From: a virus
Taxonomy: Duplodnaviria > Caudoviricetes
DNA length: 64,000 nt
Direction: 5' to 3' (one strand)
Virus record (IMG/VR): IMGVR_UViG_3300033075_001536
Span: 32,001-96,000 of that record
Below are positions 56,827 through 63,974 of the stretch, in pieces; within the stretch, counting starts at the first letter, position 1, and every line of letters starts with the position of its first letter. Below the pieces are notes generated by a model. The model had not been told where the DNA came from and ran no database searches. It saw nothing but the letters and a program-made list of their open reading frames with translations. The translations under genes and the position numbers were made by a program.

Positions 56827-57303
56827 ATGAAAAATTTTGTAACACAAAGGGGATATAAACAGTTGTTAGATCAACTAACAAACTTAAAAACAGTAGAATT
56901 TAAAAACTGTGTGAATGCTTTAACAGATGCTCGTGATAAGGGTGATATATCAGAAAATGCTGAATATGAAACTGCCAAAGAAGCATTTGATAATATTAAC
57001 AATAGAATATCTGAACTAGAGAATAAAATAAAAAACTCATCTATAATTTCATCAGCTGAAATAGATACTGATTCCGTTGGTATTTTATCTACGGTAAAAG
57101 TTAAAAATAATACTTACAACAAAGAGCAAAAATTTACTTTAGTTCCGGATAATGAAATTGATATAAAACTAGGTAAGATTTCTTACAATTCGCCTATCGG
57201 GGCTGCTTTAATTGGTAAGAAAGTCGGAGAATCTTTAAAAATAAAAGTTCCAAGTGGTGAGTTAAATATGGATGTGATTGAAATTACTGCTGAATATGTT
57301 TAA
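56827..57303 (+). CDS. greA: Transcription elongation factor GreA
   Basis: ARDKGDISENAEY; ISYNSPIGAALIGKKVG. Confidence 0.95.
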   Translation: MKNFVTQRGYKQLLDQLTNLKTVEFKNCVNALTDARDKGDISENAEYETAKEAFDNINNRISELENKIKNSSIISSAEIDTDSVGILSTVKVKNNTYNKEQKFTLVPDNEIDIKLGKISYNSPIGAALIGKKVGESLKIKVPSGELNMDVIEITAEYV

Positions 57304-57313
57304 AAGATAAAAC

Positions 57314-57604
57314 ATGAACTACATAGAAACGAATCTTTATGATCTTATTAAGGAAAAAATTAAAGACTATAAAGGATACACTCTTTTTGAAATAAAGGAT
57401 AATGATCATATGGTAAATATTTTTCATTTTGAAACTAAAGAGGAATTTGATAATAATTTTGAAATGGTAAAACACGGATATTATCCAGGAAAATTTCCTC
57501 GACCTAAAAATATAACTAAAAGTTATGGGGATAGTGTTGAATGTTTAATAGATGGTGAGGAACATTATATTAATTTACGAAATTTTTATTTAGAGGTGGT
57601 ATGA
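57314..57604 (+). CDS. Hypothetical protein
   Basis: ORF in operon. Confidence 0.65.
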   Translation: MNYIETNLYDLIKEKIKDYKGYTLFEIKDNDHMVNIFHFETKEEFDNNFEMVKHGYYPGKFPRPKNITKSYGDSVECLIDGEEHYINLRNFYLEVV

Positions 57605-57936
57605 AAATAGAATGTATCTTTAGAGGAAAGAATTCACTCGGATATGAAAATGGTAAAAAATATAACCTATTCGTAGATTCCATTTCTATGTCAGGAACCT
57701 TTACTATTCAAGATACCAATCCTGTGTATGTACAAAAAGGCCAAAGATGTGAATATTCAAATATAAGAAGTTTTACTAATAATTGGGAAATCACAAATAC
57801 CGAATATGATCCAAGTTTGTATCTTGGAAAAGATGATAGTCATAGATTAATAAAAAATAACTATAATAAATATATCCAGGAAACATTTGGTAAATATATA
57901 CGAGACAAAAAATTAGAAAAGATTCTAAGTGAATAG
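57601..57936 (+). CDS. Hypothetical protein with C-terminal tag
   Basis: Ends IRDKKLEKILSE. Confidence 0.7.
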   Translation: MKIECIFRGKNSLGYENGKKYNLFVDSISMSGTFTIQDTNPVYVQKGQRCEYSNIRSFTNNWEITNTEYDPSLYLGKDDSHRLIKNNYNKYIQETFGKYIRDKKLEKILSE

Positions 57937-58192
57937 AATTCAAAATATACATGAAGATATTCTAAAAAGACAACTTGATTTAGAAAGACTTCTTAAATTA
58001 CCTAAAACAAAATCTGATTTAATTTTAAAGTTATTTGATGATTTAATGGACTCTTTTAAAGATGGTAAATTTTCTCCTTCTACGGGTCAGTCAATGGATA
58101 TAAATCGTTTGGTTATTTTATATAATACTTTGGTAGATGAAGGTTGGTTAGTGACAAGAAGAGAAAAGAATTTAAATAAATTAACAGAGTAA
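57929..58192 (+). CDS. Hypothetical protein with C-terminal tag
   Basis: Ends RREKNLNKLTE. Confidence 0.65.
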   Translation: MNRIQNIHEDILKRQLDLERLLKLPKTKSDLILKLFDDLMDSFKDGKFSPSTGQSMDINRLVILYNTLVDEGWLVTRREKNLNKLTE

Positions 58193-58213
58193 TATTATAC
58201 TATATGTTATATC

Positions 58214-58405
58214 ATGATGTTGCAGCTTTTTATGAATGAGTATATAACAAAAGATGTTTTAAAGGATGTTGTTAAAGAACTTAACAAAGGATTTAAAGGA
58301 TGGCAAACCACTTTTTGTCAGAAGTGTGGTTTGGATTTACCAGGATATGGAATCTACTGTGTTCAGTGTAATAGAGACGAAAATATAAAAGAGATATTAA
58401 AATGA
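58214..58405 (+). CDS. Zn-ribbon protein with C-terminal tag
   Basis: CQKC...CVQC; ends NRDENIKEILK. Confidence 0.65.
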   Translation: MMLQLFMNEYITKDVLKDVVKELNKGFKGWQTTFCQKCGLDLPGYGIYCVQCNRDENIKEILK

Positions 58406-58788
58406 AAATTTCATTTGACTTTGATGGTACGATCTGGGACGAGTTTGACAAAACTCCGAATAGACAAAAAGATGAAATTGGTCGAATTTGTAAAGATTAC
58501 ATTCGCAAAGGACATGATGTTTATATTATAACAAAAAGGTGGGGACCTAAATTTAGAAATGAGGGTTTAAAAAACGAATGTGATATTGTCTATCAAGTTG
58601 GATTATCACTTGGAATAAAAAAGGAAAATATAATATTTACTGATCGATTGTGGAAAGATGTGACTATTAAAAATTTAGGAATTGAGATGCACTTTGAAAA
58701 TTCAGATATGGAAGTTAAAATGATTGAAAAGTTAGGAGTTAAAGTTGTTCCTGTGGAAGATCCATATTGGAGAGATTTGGTTTATTAA
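58402..58788 (+). CDS. HAD-superfamily hydrolase-like protein
   Basis: ISFDFDGT; IIT.R; K; HFEN. Confidence 0.8.
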   Translation: MKISFDFDGTIWDEFDKTPNRQKDEIGRICKDYIRKGHDVYIITKRWGPKFRNEGLKNECDIVYQVGLSLGIKKENIIFTDRLWKDVTIKNLGIEMHFENSDMEVKMIEKLGVKVVPVEDPYWRDLVY

Positions 58789-58789
58789 T

Positions 58790-59022
58790 ATGAAATGCTA
58801 TTGTAAAAAAGTTGGAAAATTTTCAAAGGATCGAATTCTATAATTTTTAATCATGGACAGGAGTATGAATATAGTATAGGTGAACATGAAGAAACAAATA
58901 TTTTGGTATATACAATTCACAATAAAATGGATATTTTACCAGTGGTAGAGTCAAAATTTAGAATTTATTTTGATGATGCTAAGGAAAGAAGAAATAAAAC
59001 ATTAGAAGAGATTTTAAAATAG
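58790..59022 (+). pseudogene. Small gene frameshifted in an A6 run (real lesion or sequencing error), with C-terminal tag
   Basis: One extra A at 58805-58810 gives MKCYCKKSWKIFKG...DDAKERRNKTLEEILK*. Confidence 0.65.
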
Positions 59023-59023
59023 G

Positions 59024-59443
59024 TTATTTAAAATAAAATATAACTTGTTGGTTGGTGTATAAAACATCTATTTGGAATCCTTTTCCAATTTCTTCTAATC
59101 TTTCATAGAACTCCTCAAATTCTTCAAGTTCCATTATTTTATCTAAAGCATAAGAATCTGCTTCTAAATCAGAATCAATATAGTGACTACCTTTAAATAA
59201 ATTGTCCCTTATTTTACTTATAATTGGATTAAAAACTTCAACCGATATCCACAAGTAATTCTTTATATCCTTTCTTATTTCCACTATATGACCTTCGTCT
59301 TGGAGAATGTGTATAATATTTTCAACCTCTGAAATAAGATCATTATTAATAGACTTTCTAGAACTTTTCTTGCTGAACTCATTGGCTGCTTTTGCAAATT
59401 TTTGCATATCATTAAAATTCTCAAACATTTTCAAATATTTCAT
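59024..59443 (-). CDS. CTS-like-tagged paralog-family protein
   Basis: MKYLKMFENF; EVENIIHILQDEG...EFYERLEEIGKGF. Confidence 0.8.
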   Translation of the reverse strand: MKYLKMFENFNDMQKFAKAANEFSKKSSRKSINNDLISEVENIIHILQDEGHIVEIRKDIKNYLWISVEVFNPIISKIRDNLFKGSHYIDSDLEADSYALDKIMELEEFEEFYERLEEIGKGFQIDVLYTNQQVIFYFK

Positions 59444-59472
59444 ACGAAGTATATATTTAAAACAATTTTCAT

Positions 59473-59480
59473 TATATTTG
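59473..59480 (+). promoter_or_regulatory. Bacteroidota -7 element TATATTTG
   Basis: 10 nt upstream of ATG 59491. Confidence 0.55.
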
Positions 59481-59490
59481 TAAAATATAT

Positions 59491-59979
59491 ATGGATGTGA
59501 AAACTTTTACAGATAGAATTGACGAATCGGTTTCTAACAAACCATTCAAACTTGGACTTGACTTCCACGGTGTAGTGGATGCTATACCAAGTTCATTTGC
59601 TTTTCTATCTAATGCTGTTGTTAATGCTGGTGGAGAAGTTCATATTCTAACTGGATCTTCTTGGACAGAGGGACTTACAAAGTATTTAAAAGATAATGGA
59701 ATAAATTGGACACATAGCTTTTCTATTTATGATTATCTAGTTCGATCAGAAGAGCAGGTAATAGGTGAAATTCAGTTTCCTGACGGAACGATTCAAAAGA
59801 AATTTCGGGATGCTGCTTGGGACAATGTCAAAGGTATCTATTGCAGAAAACACGATATATCTCTTCATATTGATGATACTCTAATTTATAATGATCATTT
59901 TTCAACTCCTTTTGCTAGATTATGGACGCACAATAACAAACCAAAGAAAGCTCATAAGGAAAAAAGACATCTGGACTAA
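59491..59979 (+). CDS. HAD-like protein
   Basis: GLDFHGVVD; HILTG; K...C....I.LHIDD. Confidence 0.75.
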   Translation: MDVKTFTDRIDESVSNKPFKLGLDFHGVVDAIPSSFAFLSNAVVNAGGEVHILTGSSWTEGLTKYLKDNGINWTHSFSIYDYLVRSEEQVIGEIQFPDGTIQKKFRDAAWDNVKGIYCRKHDISLHIDDTLIYNDHFSTPFARLWTHNNKPKKAHKEKRHLD

Positions 59980-59982
59980 TTT

Positions 59983-60441
59983 ATGGAAATTCAAAAATCT
60001 AAAAAACCACTAAGAATTTCAGCTGGTTGCCTTATCATATTAAATAAATCTAAAGTTCTTCTTGGTCATCCAAGTAATAATTCTTGGGCAAATTGTTTTT
60101 CTCCACCAAAAGGTGGAGTTGAGGAAGGGGAAACACTCTTAGAAGCTGCGATTCGTGAAACTAAAGAAGAGATGTCTATTGATATTACCCCTTCTATGAT
60201 TTCTAATTTAGATCTACCACATTTGATAGATTATTCTGATAAAAGTGGGAGAGTTTTTAAAAAAGTATATTTTTATGTGGTTCATATTCATTCAATTTCT
60301 CAAATTGGATTAGATAGTGAGGTATTGGAGAAATCTAATTTACAAATAGAAGAGCTAGATTGGGCTGGATTTTTGACCAAGTCGGATTTAAAGGATAAAG
60401 TTTTCCATCGTTTTTGGCCTTTAATAGACTCTCTGGTTTAA
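59983..60441 (+). CDS. NUDIX hydrolase
   Basis: PKGGVEEGETLLEAAIRETKEE Nudix box. Confidence 0.92.
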   Translation: MEIQKSKKPLRISAGCLIILNKSKVLLGHPSNNSWANCFSPPKGGVEEGETLLEAAIRETKEEMSIDITPSMISNLDLPHLIDYSDKSGRVFKKVYFYVVHIHSISQIGLDSEVLEKSNLQIEELDWAGFLTKSDLKDKVFHRFWPLIDSLV

Positions 60442-60489
60442 AAACTTTAACCAATATTTAAAATATAAATAGAAAATTATATTTTATTT

Positions 60490-60795
60490 ATGGGAGCTAT
60501 AAAAAATTCATTAGATAATTTGATTGGAGAGGATATATTTCAATATACTCCAATAAATTTCGAAGAAAAAGAATCAGAATTTTTGGATTTAGATAACCCA
60601 ATTTTTATATATTATGTAAGTATAGGTGGTATGCCAAGGCAAAGAGCAGAGGAGGAAATATCAAAAGTGCGTGCAATGTTTAGATATAAAAATGCAACAA
60701 TTTGGATAGTTCCGACAGAAACAAAAACAACCATCGAATGTATTTGGAAAGGAAAAGAAGTAGAAAAGAATGAAAAAGCGAATAGAACTGTTTGA
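60490..60795 (+). CDS. Hypothetical protein
   Basis: ORF in operon. Confidence 0.65.
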   Translation: MGAIKNSLDNLIGEDIFQYTPINFEEKESEFLDLDNPIFIYYVSIGGMPRQRAEEEISKVRAMFRYKNATIWIVPTETKTTIECIWKGKEVEKNEKANRTV

Positions 60796-61615
60796 TGGTT
60801 TTTGGACGAAGGATGATGTAAAAGCCAATCCAGAAAAGATTTATATTTATGGAGATAATGATCGTAGATCTGGGAAAGGCGGTCAAGCAATTATTAGAGA
60901 CCTTCCAAACACTTTAGGTATTAGAACTAAAAAGAAGCCATCCGACTCAGAAGATTCTTATTGGTCGGATGATGATTTTGAGATCAATAAAAGAAAAATA
61001 ATTGAGGATGTGAATGCCATTAAATTGGAGTTAATGTTTGGTAAAACAGTTGTTTTTTCAAGAGGTGGATATGGAACCGAAAGAGCTAAATTAAAAGAAA
61101 AAGCTCCAAAAACATTTGAATTTCTTTGTCAAGTTTTAAAGGATAATTTTTATTTTGATAATGAGACTGGACAATCCTATATGAGAATACCATCTCATAA
61201 AGAGATGATGGGTGCTAAAGAAGTTCCAATGAATTACGAACACGGAAAATTAGGATTTGGTCAAGAAGTTCCTGGATATTTTAGAAAAGAATTATTAGAT
61301 GCAAATGTTTTAAATACATTTGATGCTATTAAATATGGTTTGAGAACAGCAATGACAAGATCAGAAAGGTTTAAATCTGGTGAACTAATTAAAGTTACAT
61401 CTTCTAAAAATCAGAACTTTTTAATATGTCGTGTGATTATGGATTCTTATCCAGTGAGCTCTATTTCGAAAGAAGACTGGTCAAAATTGGAAGGTTGGGA
61501 TATTGGATACTTTAAATTAAATCCTGGAGTTGAGGATAAATTTCAATTTCAATTTGAGTGGATTTGTGAAATTGATCCTGAAGGTTCTCAAAAATTTAAT
61601 CCTAGATTGATTTAA
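60770..61615 (+). CDS. Two-domain protein: GDN..R.G.GGQA.IR phage domain plus ASCH/PUA-like domain
   Basis: YIYGDNDRRSGKGGQAIIRD..N..GIRTKK; TFDAIKYGLRTAMTR...W...EGW. Confidence 0.65.
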   Translation: MKKRIELFDGFWTKDDVKANPEKIYIYGDNDRRSGKGGQAIIRDLPNTLGIRTKKKPSDSEDSYWSDDDFEINKRKIIEDVNAIKLELMFGKTVVFSRGGYGTERAKLKEKAPKTFEFLCQVLKDNFYFDNETGQSYMRIPSHKEMMGAKEVPMNYEHGKLGFGQEVPGYFRKELLDANVLNTFDAIKYGLRTAMTRSERFKSGELIKVTSSKNQNFLICRVIMDSYPVSSISKEDWSKLEGWDIGYFKLNPGVEDKFQFQFEWICEIDPEGSQKFNPRLI

Positions 61616-61634
61616 TTTTTTAAAAAACTTTTTG

Positions 61635-61642
61635 TATATTTG
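61635..61642 (+). promoter_or_regulatory. Bacteroidota -7 element TATATTTG
   Basis: Intergenic, followed by an AATATATA box and a small ORF. Confidence 0.5.
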
Positions 61643-61661
61643 TGTCCTAAATATATACCCT

Positions 61662-61769
61662 ATGATAGAAATTGAAAATATGAGTAATCCAGAATTTTAT
61701 TTTGATTTTTTGGAAATGGAAAAAGATTTCGAAGCTTCTCAACTTTTATCAGAAATAAATAATAACTAA
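61662..61769 (+). CDS. 35-aa acidic peptide
   Basis: MIEIENMSNPEFYFDFLEMEKDFEASQLLSEINNN; AATATATA 4 nt upstream. Confidence 0.4.
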   Translation: MIEIENMSNPEFYFDFLEMEKDFEASQLLSEINNN

Positions 61770-61772
61770 TCT

Positions 61773-62117
61773 ATGATAGATTTGAGCAAACTTGTAGAGA
61801 TTTTAAATAAAGTTCCAAGCTTTATAATCTCAAAGCAAAATAAAGAAGTTTTGGTTGAAAAGTCCAAAATTCTTTATGAATTGAATGAATTCATTCGTGA
61901 AAAATACAATACAGATGCTGCTGGTGCTGAGTATAAATTTCGTGAATTTTTATCGGTTAAAAATAAAGATGGTGTGCAACCAAATATAAAAACTGTAATT
62001 GGTTGGGCTGGTGAGTTTTCTAGATCAGAAGGATTTCCAAAGGCTGATGAATTTGAAGATTCTTTAAAAACCGTTTTGGATATTTTAGGACCACTTGCAA
62101 ATTTAGGAAAGTCATGA
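61773..62117 (+). CDS. Hypothetical protein
   Basis: 114-aa ORF. Confidence 0.65.
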   Translation: MIDLSKLVEILNKVPSFIISKQNKEVLVEKSKILYELNEFIREKYNTDAAGAEYKFREFLSVKNKDGVQPNIKTVIGWAGEFSRSEGFPKADEFEDSLKTVLDILGPLANLGKS

Positions 62118-62330
62118 AGTTTTTAAGAATTTTTAATTTTTCTGTTGGTATTTTTTGTCTATATATGGGATTCTTCCATCATAGTTACATCAATATTTTC
62201 CTAGGACTTTTAAATATTTTTTTTGGGAATGAACCTTTTGGAAAAACTTTTTAAATTTATTTTAGAAAAACGAAACAAGAATCCAGAAGACAATTTCTTC
62301 GATAATATTGAAGAAGATAAAAATGGTTGA
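62114..62330 (+). pseudogene. Small membrane protein frameshifted in a T8 run (real lesion or sequencing error)
   Basis: Removing one T at about 62217-62224 gives ...NIFLGLLNIFLGMNLLEKLFKFILEKRNK...NG*. Confidence 0.55.
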
Positions 62331-62395
62331 GTGGCCGAGAGAATAGGCGGATCCTCGCAAGGGATTCTACGGTAGTTCAATTCTATCCTCAACCT
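62325..62395 (+). tRNA. tRNA-Cys(GCA) with non-canonical anticodon loop
   Basis: GGTTGAG/CTCAACC with U73; D stem GCC/GGC; anticodon stem GATCC/GGATT with loop TC-GCA-AG; T arm GGTAG-TTCAATT-CTATC. Confidence 0.85.
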
Positions 62396-62438
62396 CAAAT
62401 TTTTCCTTTATTACAATTATTTTCCTTATATTTACATT

Positions 62439-63077
62439 GTGAAATATAACTCTTATCACTATATTTACGGACCTCGTCCAGAAAATGCTATATCACCTTC
62501 TGATATAGATTTCTGGGATAATGGATCTTTGGTTGCTCAACCAAAATTAAATGGGTCAAATTGCCTTATTTTTACCAATGGTCGGGATATGTATGTGATG
62601 AACAGACATAAGGAAATACTAACTAATTTTAGAATTTCAAAAGAAGAAATAGTTTCTGCATTCAAACCAGTTGATGGAACTTGGATGGTACTCAATGGTG
62701 AGTATATGAATAAATCAAAATCAGATGAAAATGGAAATGTTTTCAATCATAAATTCGTTTTATTTGATTTACTTGTTCTAAATTCTGAATATATGGTTGG
62801 AACAACCTTTAGTGATAGAATCAAAATTTTAGATTCTTTATATGGAACTAAAGAATCTGATAAAAGTTATTTATATTCAATTTCTGAAAATATATTTCGT
62901 GTTAAATCTTTTGACAAGGGGTTTAAAAATATTTATGACGAATTATCAAAAATCGATATGGTCGAAGGTTTGATAATGAAGCGCAAGAATGCCAAATTAG
63001 AAATTGGAACAACGGAAAAAAATAATACAAAATCCCAGCTCAAAGTTCGTAAACCAACTAAGTTGTATAAGTACTAG
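62439..63077 (+). CDS. Stand-alone ATP-dependent ligase nucleotidyltransferase domain
   Basis: Motif I QPKLNG; III LNGEY; IIIa FDLL; IV EGLIMK; V KVR; no OB domain. Confidence 0.8.
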   Translation: MKYNSYHYIYGPRPENAISPSDIDFWDNGSLVAQPKLNGSNCLIFTNGRDMYVMNRHKEILTNFRISKEEIVSAFKPVDGTWMVLNGEYMNKSKSDENGNVFNHKFVLFDLLVLNSEYMVGTTFSDRIKILDSLYGTKESDKSYLYSISENIFRVKSFDKGFKNIYDELSKIDMVEGLIMKRKNAKLEIGTTEKNNTKSQLKVRKPTKLYKY

Positions 63078-63765
63078 TTCTTTTCCTTTTCAAATTTTCT
63101 TCTGCCCAAATTGGTCTTAAATTTTCCAAGGCATTTACTTCACTTATTGGAGTATTTACATCAAATGTAAAAATTGGCTTTATATGGTCTATATGCCATT
63201 TCCCCCAATTTTCCCAAGACATACCTTCTACAAATTGATTTTGTATATGAAGTTTTAGATCTAAAGCGGAATATCCAAGTATTTCACTTGTTGATGATTC
63301 TTTCTTTTTATTAAATTTTTTAATTAGCCTATAAACCATTTGTCTCCAAACGACAACATGTGGATTTTCTTTTAGCCAATTTTTTGTATTTTCACAATTT
63401 ATTTTTCTATGTCTATCTTTGTTTTCATCTGACCATCTTTTATTTCTTTTAAGGATTTCCTCTTTATTTTCTTTGTAGTATTTTTTAGCTTTTTCTGGAT
63501 CATATGATTCTCTAGCTCTTTTCCTTATTAATTCTCTATTATCATTATCATATTTTTTCTTTTTTGCTAAATTTATCTCTTGGTTTTTATAATATCTTTC
63601 TTTTCTTTTGGCCAATACAAACTCTCTATTTTCAGAGATGTATTTTTTGGTCCTTTCTGTTTCACACCTTTTACAGTTGGTTGTATATGATTTTCTGTGT
63701 TTATAAAACTCGTCTAAATCTTTTTCTTCCCCACATTTTTTACAAACTTTAGTAGTATTTTCCAT
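63058..63765 (-). CDS. HNH homing endonuclease (paralog of 22121..22918)
   Basis: CKKC..CKRC; GMSWENWGKWHIDHIKP...NLRPIW..EN. Confidence 0.85.
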   Translation of the reverse strand: MENTTKVCKKCGEEKDLDEFYKHRKSYTTNCKRCETERTKKYISENREFVLAKRKERYYKNQEINLAKKKKYDNDNRELIRKRARESYDPEKAKKYYKENKEEILKRNKRWSDENKDRHRKINCENTKNWLKENPHVVVWRQMVYRLIKKFNKKKESSTSEILGYSALDLKLHIQNQFVEGMSWENWGKWHIDHIKPIFTFDVNTPISEVNALENLRPIWAEENLKRKRTSTYTT

Positions 63766-63797
63766 ATCATATATATTAAAATATTATTCTTCCCTAC

Positions 63798-63974
63798 ATG
63801 GTTAAAAAAATATATGAGTCTAAAAAGACCTATTCTAAAAAATACAATAGACTACAAAGTACTATTCAAATTGAAAGAGAATTGTATAATAATTTGAAGA
63901 TGTTTTTAAAGGATAAAAATATAAGCATAAGAGAATATGTTTCTACATTAATAGAAAATTCTTTGGCAGATTGA
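63798..63974 (+). CDS. Ribbon-helix-helix-like small DNA-binding protein
   Basis: STIQIERELYNNLKMFLKDKNISIREYVSTLIENSL; 58 aa, below the track cutoff. Confidence 0.6.
   Translation: MVKKIYESKKTYSKKYNRLQSTIQIERELYNNLKMFLKDKNISIREYVSTLIENSLAD

Noticed and set aside
3528-63752. Many short ORF-track entries antisense to or nested in longer genes (e.g. 3528, 4220, 5069, 8120, 14553, 18698, 20382, 23402, 30377, 30654, 37618, 48780, 49167, 52945, 60612, 62210)
   Set aside because: Shadow frames of well-supported genes or tRNA, with no motifs or upstream signals
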